Positions 40,874-50,052 of a stretch of DNA of 64,000 nucleotides are shown here, one piece after another. The notes beneath the pieces are model-generated. The model was not told the origin of the DNA. It saw only the letters and a program-made list of their open reading frames with translations, and made no database searches. Positions within the stretch are counted from its first letter, which is position 1. Each line of letters starts with the position of its first letter. This DNA is from an uncultured Pelagibacteraceae bacterium. GTDB taxonomy: Bacteria > Pseudomonadota > Alphaproteobacteria > Pelagibacterales > Pelagibacteraceae. The DNA is taken from the NCBI GenBank assembly GCA_902577875.1, contig CACHAX010000002.1, positions 1,040 to 65,039 on the forward strand. Direction: 5' to 3'. Position numbers and translations under genes: made by a program.

Positions 40874-43111
40874 ATGACTGTAGCTGAACTCCAAATTTTG
40901 GTTGATAAGCTACAGTCTAAAATAAGTCAGTTAGAGCTCACAAGTAAAGGAGCAATCAAAGCAACAGAGTTTAGATTAGAGGCTGTACTACAAGCAAATT
41001 TAGATACTTTTTGGTTATTAATTTGCGCGATTTTAGTTTTCTTGATGCAGGCTGGATTTATGTGTTTAGAATCTGGTTTATCAAGAAATAAAAATAGTAT
41101 TAACGTTGCTCTTAAAAATATTACAGATTTTGGAATAGCCGTAGTTACTTTTTGGGCCTTTGGTTTTGCATTGATGTATGGAACCAGTGTGATGGGCTTG
41201 TTTGGAAATAAATTCTATTTTTTCACAACTAAAGTTGCTGGTTACCAAACATATTTTGTATTTCAGGCAATGTTTGTTGCAACAGCAGCAACTATAATAT
41301 CAGGAGCTGTTGCTGAAAGACTTAGATTTTTCTCATACGTAATAATAACTTTTATAACTTCAGGAATTTTGTACCCAATAGTAGGTCATTGGGCATGGGC
41401 TTTTGATTTTACGAATCCAACAGTAAAATTTGGTTGGCTAGGTAAGATGGGTTATTTAGATTTTGCAGGCGCATCCGTTGTTCATTCTGTTGGAGGTTGG
41501 GTGGCATTAGCAATATTACTCATAATTGGAAGTAGAACGGGTAGATTTAGAAAAGATAAAGATAAAAAATTGTTTCAAGGAAGCAATACTCCAATTGCTG
41601 CTCTTGGTGCTTTAATTTTATGGTTCGGTTGGTTTGGATTTAACGGTGGCGCAAATGGAGCAATGGATTTAAAAATCCCTTTGATATTAATTAATACCTT
41701 TTTATCAGCATCATTTGGTTTAATCTTTTCTAGTGCAATGGGTATTATCGTAATGAAAAAACCAGAGCCATTATTTATGATTACAGGTCCTTTGGCTGGT
41801 TTAGTTTCGATTACAGCAAGTTGTGCTTATGTTAATCCATCAGAGGCAATATATATTGGAGCTATTGGAGGAATTTTATCTGGCTCAACAATAATTTTAT
41901 TAGAGAAATTAAAAATTGATGATGTTGTTAGCGCTATACCTGTTCACCTAGTAGGAGGTATGTGGGGAACTATATCAGTTGCTATATTTGGTGATTTCGA
42001 AATGATGGGACTAGATAAAACAAGATTAGAACAATTAACAATTCAAATCATAGGAACACTTAGCATAGGTGGATTTTGTTTTTTTGCTTCATACATAATT
42101 TTTAAATCTATAAATTATATTTATCCACTTCGAGTAGGTAAAATCCAAGAGGAACTTGGTTTAAATATATCAGAACACAATGCATCAACAGATACTCACG
42201 AATTATTAGAGGTATTAACCAATCAAGCAAAAACTGAGGATTATTCTTTAAGAGCCCCTCAAGATCCATTCACTGATAGTGGTATTATTGGTACCCAATA
42301 CAATTTTTTGATGGAAAAACTAGAAAAAAGCGAGAAACAAAAAAATAAATGGAAAAACAGAGTTTCATCTGAAATTAAATTAGCAATGAATGTGCAGAGA
42401 CGTTTGATGCCAAATAGAGATTTGTCTAATTATCCAATTTATGGACTAAATATTCCAGCCAGAGAAATTTCAGGAGATTTTTATGATTTTTATTTACACG
42501 ATGATCTTGTTTACTTCACATTATCAGATGTTTCTGGCAAAGGAGTTAATGCTGGCATGGTTATGGCTAAGGCAATTACTTTATTTAAAATTTTTTCTAG
42601 ATTAAAATTTAAACCTAACGAAATCTTACTTGAAATGAACAATGATTTAAATGAAACTAATCCGCCAGGTACTTTTATAACTTCAATAGTCGGATGCTAT
42701 AATATTAAAACAGATGTTATTGAAATTGCAAATGCAGGCCATCAACCAGCTTTGTTGAGAAAAGGAAAGGATTTTGTTGAATATTCATCTTCCTCTACAC
42801 CTCTTGCAATAGTCAAACATAAAAATGAAGATGTTTATAAGCTAGATACTTTCAAATTAGATGGAGGAAGAATTTATTGTTTTACTGATGGTTTCTCAGA
42901 ATGCATGGACGAAAATAAAAACGAAATAGGTATTGATGGGGTTAAGAAACTTTTACTTAATCATCAAAATCCTTCTTTACGAAAAGAACTTGAAAATTCT
43001 ACAGAGGAAATAAGAATCAAAAGTCTCAAAAAAGATTACAAAGAAACTGGAATAAAAGCAAATAACGATATACTTGATGATGATTTAACTATCATCGGAA
43101 TCGGGCATTGA
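40874..43111 (+). CDS. Amt fused to HAMP-like linker and SpoIIE/PP2C phosphatase, copy 2
   Basis: Same architecture: DFAGASVVH, WFGWFGFNGGA, DD..SAIPVH; ISGDFY, SDVSGKG, FTDGFSE, DDLT. Confidence 0.94.
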   Translation: MTVAELQILVDKLQSKISQLELTSKGAIKATEFRLEAVLQANLDTFWLLICAILVFLMQAGFMCLESGLSRNKNSINVALKNITDFGIAVVTFWAFGFALMYGTSVMGLFGNKFYFFTTKVAGYQTYFVFQAMFVATAATIISGAVAERLRFFSYVIITFITSGILYPIVGHWAWAFDFTNPTVKFGWLGKMGYLDFAGASVVHSVGGWVALAILLIIGSRTGRFRKDKDKKLFQGSNTPIAALGALILWFGWFGFNGGANGAMDLKIPLILINTFLSASFGLIFSSAMGIIVMKKPEPLFMITGPLAGLVSITASCAYVNPSEAIYIGAIGGILSGSTIILLEKLKIDDVVSAIPVHLVGGMWGTISVAIFGDFEMMGLDKTRLEQLTIQIIGTLSIGGFCFFASYIIFKSINYIYPLRVGKIQEELGLNISEHNASTDTHELLEVLTNQAKTEDYSLRAPQDPFTDSGIIGTQYNFLMEKLEKSEKQKNKWKNRVSSEIKLAMNVQRRLMPNRDLSNYPIYGLNIPAREISGDFYDFYLHDDLVYFTLSDVSGKGVNAGMVMAKAITLFKIFSRLKFKPNEILLEMNNDLNETNPPGTFITSIVGCYNIKTDVIEIANAGHQPALLRKGKDFVEYSSSSTPLAIVKHKNEDVYKLDTFKLDGGRIYCFTDGFSECMDENKNEIGIDGVKKLLLNHQNPSLRKELENSTEEIRIKSLKKDYKETGIKANNDILDDDLTIIGIGH

Positions 43112-43239
43112 AAATCATAAAATAAAATTTTAATACAGTTTCTAGCAAACAATTATCAAATATATCTAATATGTTAATTAATACTGCTGGAGATAACAAA
43201 CTAAATGACTATTTAACCCTAATATCTATAAGCAAATAA
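43108..43239 (+). pseudogene. Decayed 3' remnant of a third Amt-PP2C-type phosphatase gene
   Basis: Manual translation LKIIK*NFNTVSSKQLSNISNMLINTAGDNKLNDYLTLISISK* aligns without gaps to the last 43 aa of copy 1 (21 identities), with the stop at the same position. Confidence 0.8.
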
Positions 43240-43311
43240 TAATCTAAGCTAAATAAACCCGCGATCAAATATCATATATATTATGAATTTCTTTGAAAAT
43301 ATATTTCTGAT

Positions 43312-44553
43312 GTGAATGAAAAAAATCAAAAAATTGGTATTATTGGAGCAGGAATTCAAGGTGTTTGTAATGCTTTATTTCTCCAAAAAAAAGGATTTCA
43401 AGTAACACTTTTTGACAGAGAAGAACCCGGAAGCGCAGCATCATATGGGAATGCTGGTCATTTTTCTCCCTATGCATCTGTTCCTTTAAATAGACCAGAT
43501 GTAATAGCAGACGTTCCATCAATGTTAATTAGTTCAAGGGGACCTCTTGCTTTAAAATGGAACTATGTACCTAAAATGATCCCATGGTTTGCAAGATTTA
43601 TTTTAAATTGTAGAGAAGAGAAAATGATGCATACAGCTAAAAATATGCACCAAATTTTAGATCAATCATTACCAGCATTTGACGAATTATTTGATGAAAT
43701 TGATCTCGATGGGTTAGTTGAAAATAATGGAATACTTTATGTTTGGACAGATCAAAATATGAAGAGTAGAGAATTAGAAATTAGAATTAGAGATCAATTA
43801 GGAGTAAAACAACAATTAGTTAATAAAAAAGAAATTCATGATCTAGAACCAAACTTAAAACCATTTTACCATGGTGGGGTATTTTATGATTATGCAAGGC
43901 ATGCACGAAACCCTAGAAAAATTTTAATAAAATTATTTGAAAATTTTGTAAATAAAGGCGGAAAGTTTTTAAAATTAAATATTCAAAATATAGATTTTGA
44001 TGAAGAAAAGCCTGTTTTAAGAACAGAAACGCAAAGATTTATTTTTGATAAACTTGTTATTGCATGTGGAGCATTTTCGAAAAGATTGACTGATAAGTTA
44101 CATGAAAATATTCCGTTAGATACCGAAAGAGGTTATCATGTTCATTTCAAAGATTATGACCATTTAATTTCAAGACCCATTGTTTATGCAAATAGAGGTT
44201 TTGGAATGACACCAATGGAACAGGGATTGCGTGTTGTTGGAACAGTAGAATTTGGAGGTTTAGAAAACTCTCCATCTAAATCGAGAATAAAAAACTTGAT
44301 ATTAAACGCAAAGGACATGCTAGATGGGTTACAAGAACATAAAGATGAATGGCTTGGTTTTAGACCCACACTACCTGATTTTCTACCAGTTCTAGGGCCA
44401 TCAAAAAACTATAAAAATGTTTTCTATTCTTTTGGTCATCATCATTTAGGCTGGACACTTGGTGCAATTTCAGGAAAAATCATATCTAAAATGATCTCAG
44501 GAGAGAATACTAACTTAGATCTGCAACCATACAGTTCAATAAGGTTTAGTTAA
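43312..44553 (+). CDS. FAD-dependent D-amino acid dehydrogenase/oxidase (DadA family)
   Basis: GAGIQG, ASYGNAG, ERGYH, WLGFRPTLPD, FGHHHLGWT. Confidence 0.88.
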   Translation: MNEKNQKIGIIGAGIQGVCNALFLQKKGFQVTLFDREEPGSAASYGNAGHFSPYASVPLNRPDVIADVPSMLISSRGPLALKWNYVPKMIPWFARFILNCREEKMMHTAKNMHQILDQSLPAFDELFDEIDLDGLVENNGILYVWTDQNMKSRELEIRIRDQLGVKQQLVNKKEIHDLEPNLKPFYHGGVFYDYARHARNPRKILIKLFENFVNKGGKFLKLNIQNIDFDEEKPVLRTETQRFIFDKLVIACGAFSKRLTDKLHENIPLDTERGYHVHFKDYDHLISRPIVYANRGFGMTPMEQGLRVVGTVEFGGLENSPSKSRIKNLILNAKDMLDGLQEHKDEWLGFRPTLPDFLPVLGPSKNYKNVFYSFGHHHLGWTLGAISGKIISKMISGENTNLDLQPYSSIRFS

Positions 44554-44580
44554 AAGTAATCTTTTATAGTACTCTATTTA

Positions 44581-45486
44581 ATGCTTGAAAATAAAAGTAA
44601 TATCATCATTGCATCTATTTTGCTTTTTTTAGCAGCTTTGTTTTGGTCTGGAAATTTTATTGTCGGAAAGATAGCGGGTTTAAATGAAATACCTCCGATA
44701 TCTTTAAACATATTAAGATGGTCATTGGCATTTCTAATTTTACTACCTTTCACTTACAAAGAGATGCTTGAAAAAAAAGAATTAATTTTTAAAAATATCT
44801 ATCTCTTATGTTTTTTAGGGATAACAGCAGTCAGTATTTTTAATTCAGCACTTTTTTATTCTTTGAAGACTACACAAGTAATTACGGGTGTTCTTATGAT
44901 CTCAACTGTTCCAGTTATGATCATTTTATTTTCTATAATTTTAAAAATAGAAAAAACAAATATTTTTCAAGTTTTGGGAGTTATATTTTCTTTATTAGGT
45001 GTATTATTTGTAATTTCAAAAGCAGATTTTGAAGTCTTTAAAAATTTAGCTTTTGAAAAGGGAGATTTATATGCATTATTTGCGATGATATCCTGGTCAC
45101 TTTATTCAGCACTTTTAAAGAAAAAAAATTATGGATTGTCTCCAATAACTTTACTTCAGGTTGTCATTGGTCTTGGGGTAATATTTCTTATTCCAATGTA
45201 TGCAATAGATTATGTTTATATTGGTAATCGAATTTTACTTAATACAAATTTCATTTTTGTTTTATCATATGTAGTTTTGTTGCCTGGGATCGTTTCTTTC
45301 TTTTTCTGGATAAAAGGTGTTGCTCTCATAGGTGCTAATAGGGCAGGAATTTATTTACATTTAATGCCAATTCTTGCAGCAATTCTTGCAATGGTAATAT
45401 TTGATGAAGTTTTACTATTTTATCATTATATCGGTGGAATATTTATTATTTCAGGGATATTACTTTCAAACAAAAAAAATGCTTAA
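44581..45486 (+). CDS. EamA/DMT family transporter
   Basis: About 10 TMs; FWSGNF, GANRAG..L.P. Confidence 0.9.
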   Translation: MLENKSNIIIASILLFLAALFWSGNFIVGKIAGLNEIPPISLNILRWSLAFLILLPFTYKEMLEKKELIFKNIYLLCFLGITAVSIFNSALFYSLKTTQVITGVLMISTVPVMIILFSIILKIEKTNIFQVLGVIFSLLGVLFVISKADFEVFKNLAFEKGDLYALFAMISWSLYSALLKKKNYGLSPITLLQVVIGLGVIFLIPMYAIDYVYIGNRILLNTNFIFVLSYVVLLPGIVSFFFWIKGVALIGANRAGIYLHLMPILAAILAMVIFDEVLLFYHYIGGIFIISGILLSNKKNA

Positions 45487-46429
45487 AGTAGCTATACTCG
45501 ACGATTACCAAAATATTGCTAAAGATTTCATTGATCTTAAAAAATTATCTTCAAAATATGAATTTCATATATTTAACAAGCCATTTGAAAATGAGGATGA
45601 TGCAATTGAACAATTAAAACAATTTGAAGTTCTATTCATAATGAGAGAAAGAACAAAAATAACAAAAAAACTTATAGAGAGTTTAAAAAAGTTAAAATTA
45701 ATTGTTACCAGTGGTATGAGAAATAAATCAATAAATTTAGAATTTGCTAAAAAAAATAAAGTTGTTGTTTGTGGTACAGAAATTAATAGTAATCCAACTC
45801 CAGAGTTAACCTGGGCATTAATTTTAGGTTTAGCTAGAAATTTTAAAGCCGAAATAGATAATATGTACCAAGGATACTGGCAATCAACCATTGGCTTAGA
45901 ATTAAAAGGTAAAATTCTAGGCTTATTAGGACTTGGAAGAGTTGGATCTCAAGTTGCAAAAATTGGTAAAGCCTTTGGTATGCAAATTATGGCTTGGAGT
46001 GAAAATTTAAACTTAGATAAATGCAAAGAACTTGATGTTTTACCGTGTAGCAAGGATGACTTAATCCAAAATTCAGACTTTCTGTCAATTCATGTTCAAG
46101 GAGGAGATAGATATAGAGATTGTATTACTATTAAAGAGTTTGAGAAAATGAAAAAAACCTCGTATTTAGTAAATACTTCTAGAGGTGAAATAGTTAATGA
46201 AGATGATTTAATTATAGCATTATCAACAAATATAATAGCTGGCGCAGGAATAGATGTTTATGAAAAAGAACCACTGCCTGAAAGCCATAAGCTTAGATTC
46301 GTGCAGAATGCTCTTTTACTTCCTCACATAGGTTACGTAACTGCTGAAAATTATGTAATTTTCTATAATCAAATGATCGAAAATCTTGAAAGTTTTGCAT
46401 CTGGTAAACCGAAAAGGGTTATAGAATAA
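45479..46429 (+). CDS. D-isomer-specific 2-hydroxyacid dehydrogenase (start likely 45479)
   Basis: ILDDYQ, MRERT, GLGRVG, NTSRG, DVYEKEP, PHIGY. Confidence 0.92.
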   Translation: MLKVAILDDYQNIAKDFIDLKKLSSKYEFHIFNKPFENEDDAIEQLKQFEVLFIMRERTKITKKLIESLKKLKLIVTSGMRNKSINLEFAKKNKVVVCGTEINSNPTPELTWALILGLARNFKAEIDNMYQGYWQSTIGLELKGKILGLLGLGRVGSQVAKIGKAFGMQIMAWSENLNLDKCKELDVLPCSKDDLIQNSDFLSIHVQGGDRYRDCITIKEFEKMKKTSYLVNTSRGEIVNEDDLIIALSTNIIAGAGIDVYEKEPLPESHKLRFVQNALLLPHIGYVTAENYVIFYNQMIENLESFASGKPKRVIE

Positions 46430-46488
46430 TCGGAATCTTAGACAATTTTATCAGATAAAATTTTAATTTTTTGTGTATACTATTTTTG

Positions 46489-49143
46489 ATGAGCAAAGAA
46501 TTTAAAGCTAATCAAAATCAAAAATTAGATAATCAAGAGTTAAATGATTGGTTAGATTCTTTAGACGCAGTTGTAGAAAATCATGGTAGAGATGGAGCTA
46601 AAATAATTTTAGAAAAACTTGAACAGCGTGCAAAAGATTTAAGAGTATTATACTCACCTGTTCCTTATTCACCATACAGAAATACCATATCTCAATATGA
46701 TCAAGGAATTTACCCTGGTGACCTAGCAATTGAAGAAAAAATCACAGCAATTTTAAGATGGAATGCTTTAACAATGGTTATGAAAGCTAATAAAAACTTT
46801 GGCGGTCTTGGAGGACATATTGCAAGTTATGCATCATTTGCTGAAGTATTTGAAACAGGATTTAATCATTTTTTTAAGGGAGGAGATGAAGCAGACTTAA
46901 TTTTTTATCAATCTCAGTGTACAACAGGAATTTATGCAAGATCTTTTTTAGAGGGAAGGCTAACAAAAAATCATTTAGAAAATTATAGACAAGAACTTAA
47001 TGAACAAGGTCTTTCATCTTATTGTCATCCATATTTAATGAAAGACTACTGGACATTCACTACAGCATCTATGGGAATAGGTTTGGTAAATGCAATTTAT
47101 CAAGCCCGTTTCATGAAATATTTGGAAAATAGAAATTTATTGAAGACCAATAAAAGAGTTTGGGGCTTATTTGGTGATGGTGAAATGGATGAACCTGAAA
47201 GTTTAGCTGGATTATCTATAGCTTCTAGAGAGAAATTAGACAATTTAACATTTATAATAAATTGTAATCTTCAAAGATTAGATGGACCAGTAAGAGGTAA
47301 TGGACAAATAATTCAAGAATTAGAGACGATATTTAAAGCTAATGGCTGGAATGTAATAAAAGTTCTTTGGGGCTCAGAATGGGATAAAATTTTTCAACAA
47401 GATAAAGATCACTTGTTACTAAAAAGATTTGCTAAAACTGTTGATGGTAAGTATCAAACATTGGGAGCAAGAGACGGAGAATATAACCTTAAAAATTTCT
47501 TTGCAGAGGATCCAGAAGTTTTAAAATTGGTTTCTTCACTCAGTAAAGATGAAATTGATAAACTTAAAAGGGGAGGTCATGATTTTAAAAAACTTTATGC
47601 TGCTTTTAATGCTGCTGTTAAAACTAAGGGTAAGCCTACAGTTATTTTAGCTAAAACAAAAAAAGGTTATGGAATGGGTAAAGCTGGCGAGTCAAAAATG
47701 ACTAATCACCAGCAAAAAGAATTAAATCTTGATGCTCTAAAGGAATTTAGAGATCGTTTTCAACTTGATATTCCAGACAATAAAATAGAAAATTTAGAAT
47801 TCTACAAACCCTCTGATGACTCAGATGAAATAAAATATTTAAAGAAGAGAAGAGATCTTCTAGGGGGTCCACTACCAAAGAGAAATTTTAAAAAAGTAGA
47901 ACTGAAAACACCAAGTATAGAAAAGCATTCAAATTTTTTATTTGAAAAAAGTGATAGAGAATATTCAACTACAACAGGATTGGTGAGGTCTTTGGGAAAC
48001 ATAATGAGAGATAAAGAATTTGGAAAAAGAGTTGTCCCTATAGTTGCTGATGAAGCTAGGACTTTTGGAATGGCTAATTTATTTTCACAAATTGGAATTT
48101 ATTCACCAGATGGTCAGTTATACGAACCTGAGGATGCGACCTCAATTTTAAAGTATCAAGAGTCTAAAACAGGACAACTATTAGAAGAAGGAATTAATGA
48201 AGCCGGTGCAATTTCTTCATGGTTAGCTGCAGCAACTTCTTATAGCAATCATAATTTTCCAATGATGCCTTTTTATATTTTTTATTCTATGTTTGGTTTT
48301 CAAAGAATTGGAGATCTTATTTGGGCGGCAGCCGATCAAATGCCAAGAGGATTTTTAATTGGTGCTACAGCTGGACGAACCACTTTGGCTGGAGAAGGAT
48401 TACAACATCAAGATGGACAAAGTCATATAATTGCATCAACATTTCCAAATTTAAAATCCTACGATCCTTGTTTTGCAAGTGAGCTAGCAATAATTTTTGA
48501 TGAAGGAATGAAAAGAATGATGACAGAATGTAAAGATGAATTTTATTACATTACTGTAAACAACGAAAAATATTCACATCCTAAAATCGATATAAAAAAT
48601 AAAGATGGAATAATAAAAGGTGGCTACCTTTTCAAAGATCAATCAAATGAAAAAATAAACATAAATTTATTAGGATCTGGACCAATTTTTAGAGAATGTA
48701 TTGAAGCTTCTAAAATACTTAAAGATGAATATGGAATTGGTTCAAGATTATACAGCATAACAAGTTATTCAGAGTTAGAAAAAGAAGCTAAATCTGTTCT
48801 AAGACAAAACACATTGTCTCCTGCTAATAAAAAACAAAATTATTTACAGCAGCTAATTTCTAATGACGACCCTATAATTGCCACTTCAGATTATGTAAGA
48901 GCATATTCACAATTAATCTCTAGCCATATAAATAATAAGTTTTTAGCGATGGGTACAGATGGATTTGGAAGAAGTGATACAAGAAAAAATTTAAGGGACT
49001 TTTTTGAGGTGGATAGCAAACATATAGTCGTTAGTTCTTTGTATTCACTTTATGAAGATAAAAAAGTTCCACTAGAATTATTAGAAAAGGCAATTAAAAA
49101 ATATAACCTTAATAATAATAAGAACAATCCTTGGGAAATATAA
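46489..49143 (+). CDS. Homodimeric 2-oxoacid dehydrogenase E1 (AceE/MdeB type; start likely 46489)
   Basis: GGHIAS, GDGEMDEPES ThDP motif, NCNLQRLDGPV, GEGLQHQDG, GTDGFGRSD. Confidence 0.92.
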   Translation: MSKEFKANQNQKLDNQELNDWLDSLDAVVENHGRDGAKIILEKLEQRAKDLRVLYSPVPYSPYRNTISQYDQGIYPGDLAIEEKITAILRWNALTMVMKANKNFGGLGGHIASYASFAEVFETGFNHFFKGGDEADLIFYQSQCTTGIYARSFLEGRLTKNHLENYRQELNEQGLSSYCHPYLMKDYWTFTTASMGIGLVNAIYQARFMKYLENRNLLKTNKRVWGLFGDGEMDEPESLAGLSIASREKLDNLTFIINCNLQRLDGPVRGNGQIIQELETIFKANGWNVIKVLWGSEWDKIFQQDKDHLLLKRFAKTVDGKYQTLGARDGEYNLKNFFAEDPEVLKLVSSLSKDEIDKLKRGGHDFKKLYAAFNAAVKTKGKPTVILAKTKKGYGMGKAGESKMTNHQQKELNLDALKEFRDRFQLDIPDNKIENLEFYKPSDDSDEIKYLKKRRDLLGGPLPKRNFKKVELKTPSIEKHSNFLFEKSDREYSTTTGLVRSLGNIMRDKEFGKRVVPIVADEARTFGMANLFSQIGIYSPDGQLYEPEDATSILKYQESKTGQLLEEGINEAGAISSWLAAATSYSNHNFPMMPFYIFYSMFGFQRIGDLIWAAADQMPRGFLIGATAGRTTLAGEGLQHQDGQSHIIASTFPNLKSYDPCFASELAIIFDEGMKRMMTECKDEFYYITVNNEKYSHPKIDIKNKDGIIKGGYLFKDQSNEKININLLGSGPIFRECIEASKILKDEYGIGSRLYSITSYSELEKEAKSVLRQNTLSPANKKQNYLQQLISNDDPIIATSDYVRAYSQLISSHINNKFLAMGTDGFGRSDTRKNLRDFFEVDSKHIVVSSLYSLYEDKKVPLELLEKAIKKYNLNNNKNNPWEI

Positions 49144-49158
49144 TCTCTAATATTCATT

Positions 49159-50052
49159 ATGGATTTACCAGTAGTTAATCACCAAGATTATGAAGCCCAA
49201 TTAAATGATGACAATAAATTTCCTATAAAAAAATTCGGAGAATTAGCTAAGTCATTAATTAAAAATAAAATAGTTAAAAATTTCTATATACCTGAGCCAT
49301 GCTCAATGGAAACTTTAAAAGAGGCACATACAGAAGACTATATAAATAAAATAAAAAATAAAACTTTAGATAAAAACGAAATTAGAAAAATTGGTTTTCC
49401 TTTAGTTGACAGTGTAGTTAGAAGGTCTTTTATTGCAACTGGAGGAACTGTCCTAGCTACAAAACTTGCTTTAAACTATGGCATTGCTTGTAATACTGCA
49501 GGAGGTAGCCATCATGCAACATCTAATGAAGGAGCTGGATTTTGTGTTTTTAATGATGTTGCAGTAGCAGCCAAATATTTAATTTCAAGAGGATTAGCAA
49601 ATAAAATTTTAATTATTGATTTAGATGTTCATCAGGGTAACGGCAATTCTGAAATATTTAAAAATGATAATCAAGTCTTTACATTCAGCATGCATGCAAA
49701 AGTTAATTATCCAGCGAAAAAATCAGTAAGTGATCTTGATATTGAATTAGAGGAAAATTTAGAAGATAGAGAATATATTGATATTTTAAAAAATAACCTA
49801 AAATATTTGAATGAAGAAGAGTTTGATTTTGTTTTCTATATTGCTGGTGTTGATATTCACTATAATGACAGGTTGGGTAAGCTAAAAATTTCTGATAATG
49901 GTATATTTGAAAGAGATGAATTAGTTATTGATAATTTCTTCTCAAATAAAATTCCTATATGTGGAGTATTAGGAGGTGGATACAACAAAGATTTTAACAA
50001 ACTAGTAGAATTACATTCTAGTTTACACAAAACATGTGCTAAATTTTTATAA
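49159..50052 (+). CDS. Histone deacetylase-family amidohydrolase
   Basis: GGSHHA, GFCVFND, DLDVHQGNG, GGGY. Confidence 0.93.
   Translation: MDLPVVNHQDYEAQLNDDNKFPIKKFGELAKSLIKNKIVKNFYIPEPCSMETLKEAHTEDYINKIKNKTLDKNEIRKIGFPLVDSVVRRSFIATGGTVLATKLALNYGIACNTAGGSHHATSNEGAGFCVFNDVAVAAKYLISRGLANKILIIDLDVHQGNGNSEIFKNDNQVFTFSMHAKVNYPAKKSVSDLDIELEENLEDREYIDILKNNLKYLNEEEFDFVFYIAGVDIHYNDRLGKLKISDNGIFERDELVIDNFFSNKIPICGVLGGGYNKDFNKLVELHSSLHKTCAKFL

Noticed and set aside
11760-43239. Pilus/Rsb region as a mobile genomic island
   Set aside because: No integrase, transposase, tRNA or flanking direct repeat seen; composition broadly like the rest of the window
43112-43311. Possible glycine riboswitch upstream of the DadA-family gene (contains GGAGA)
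   Set aside because: Lacks the CCGAAG and CTCTCAGG core elements; the interval is better explained as a phosphatase gene relic
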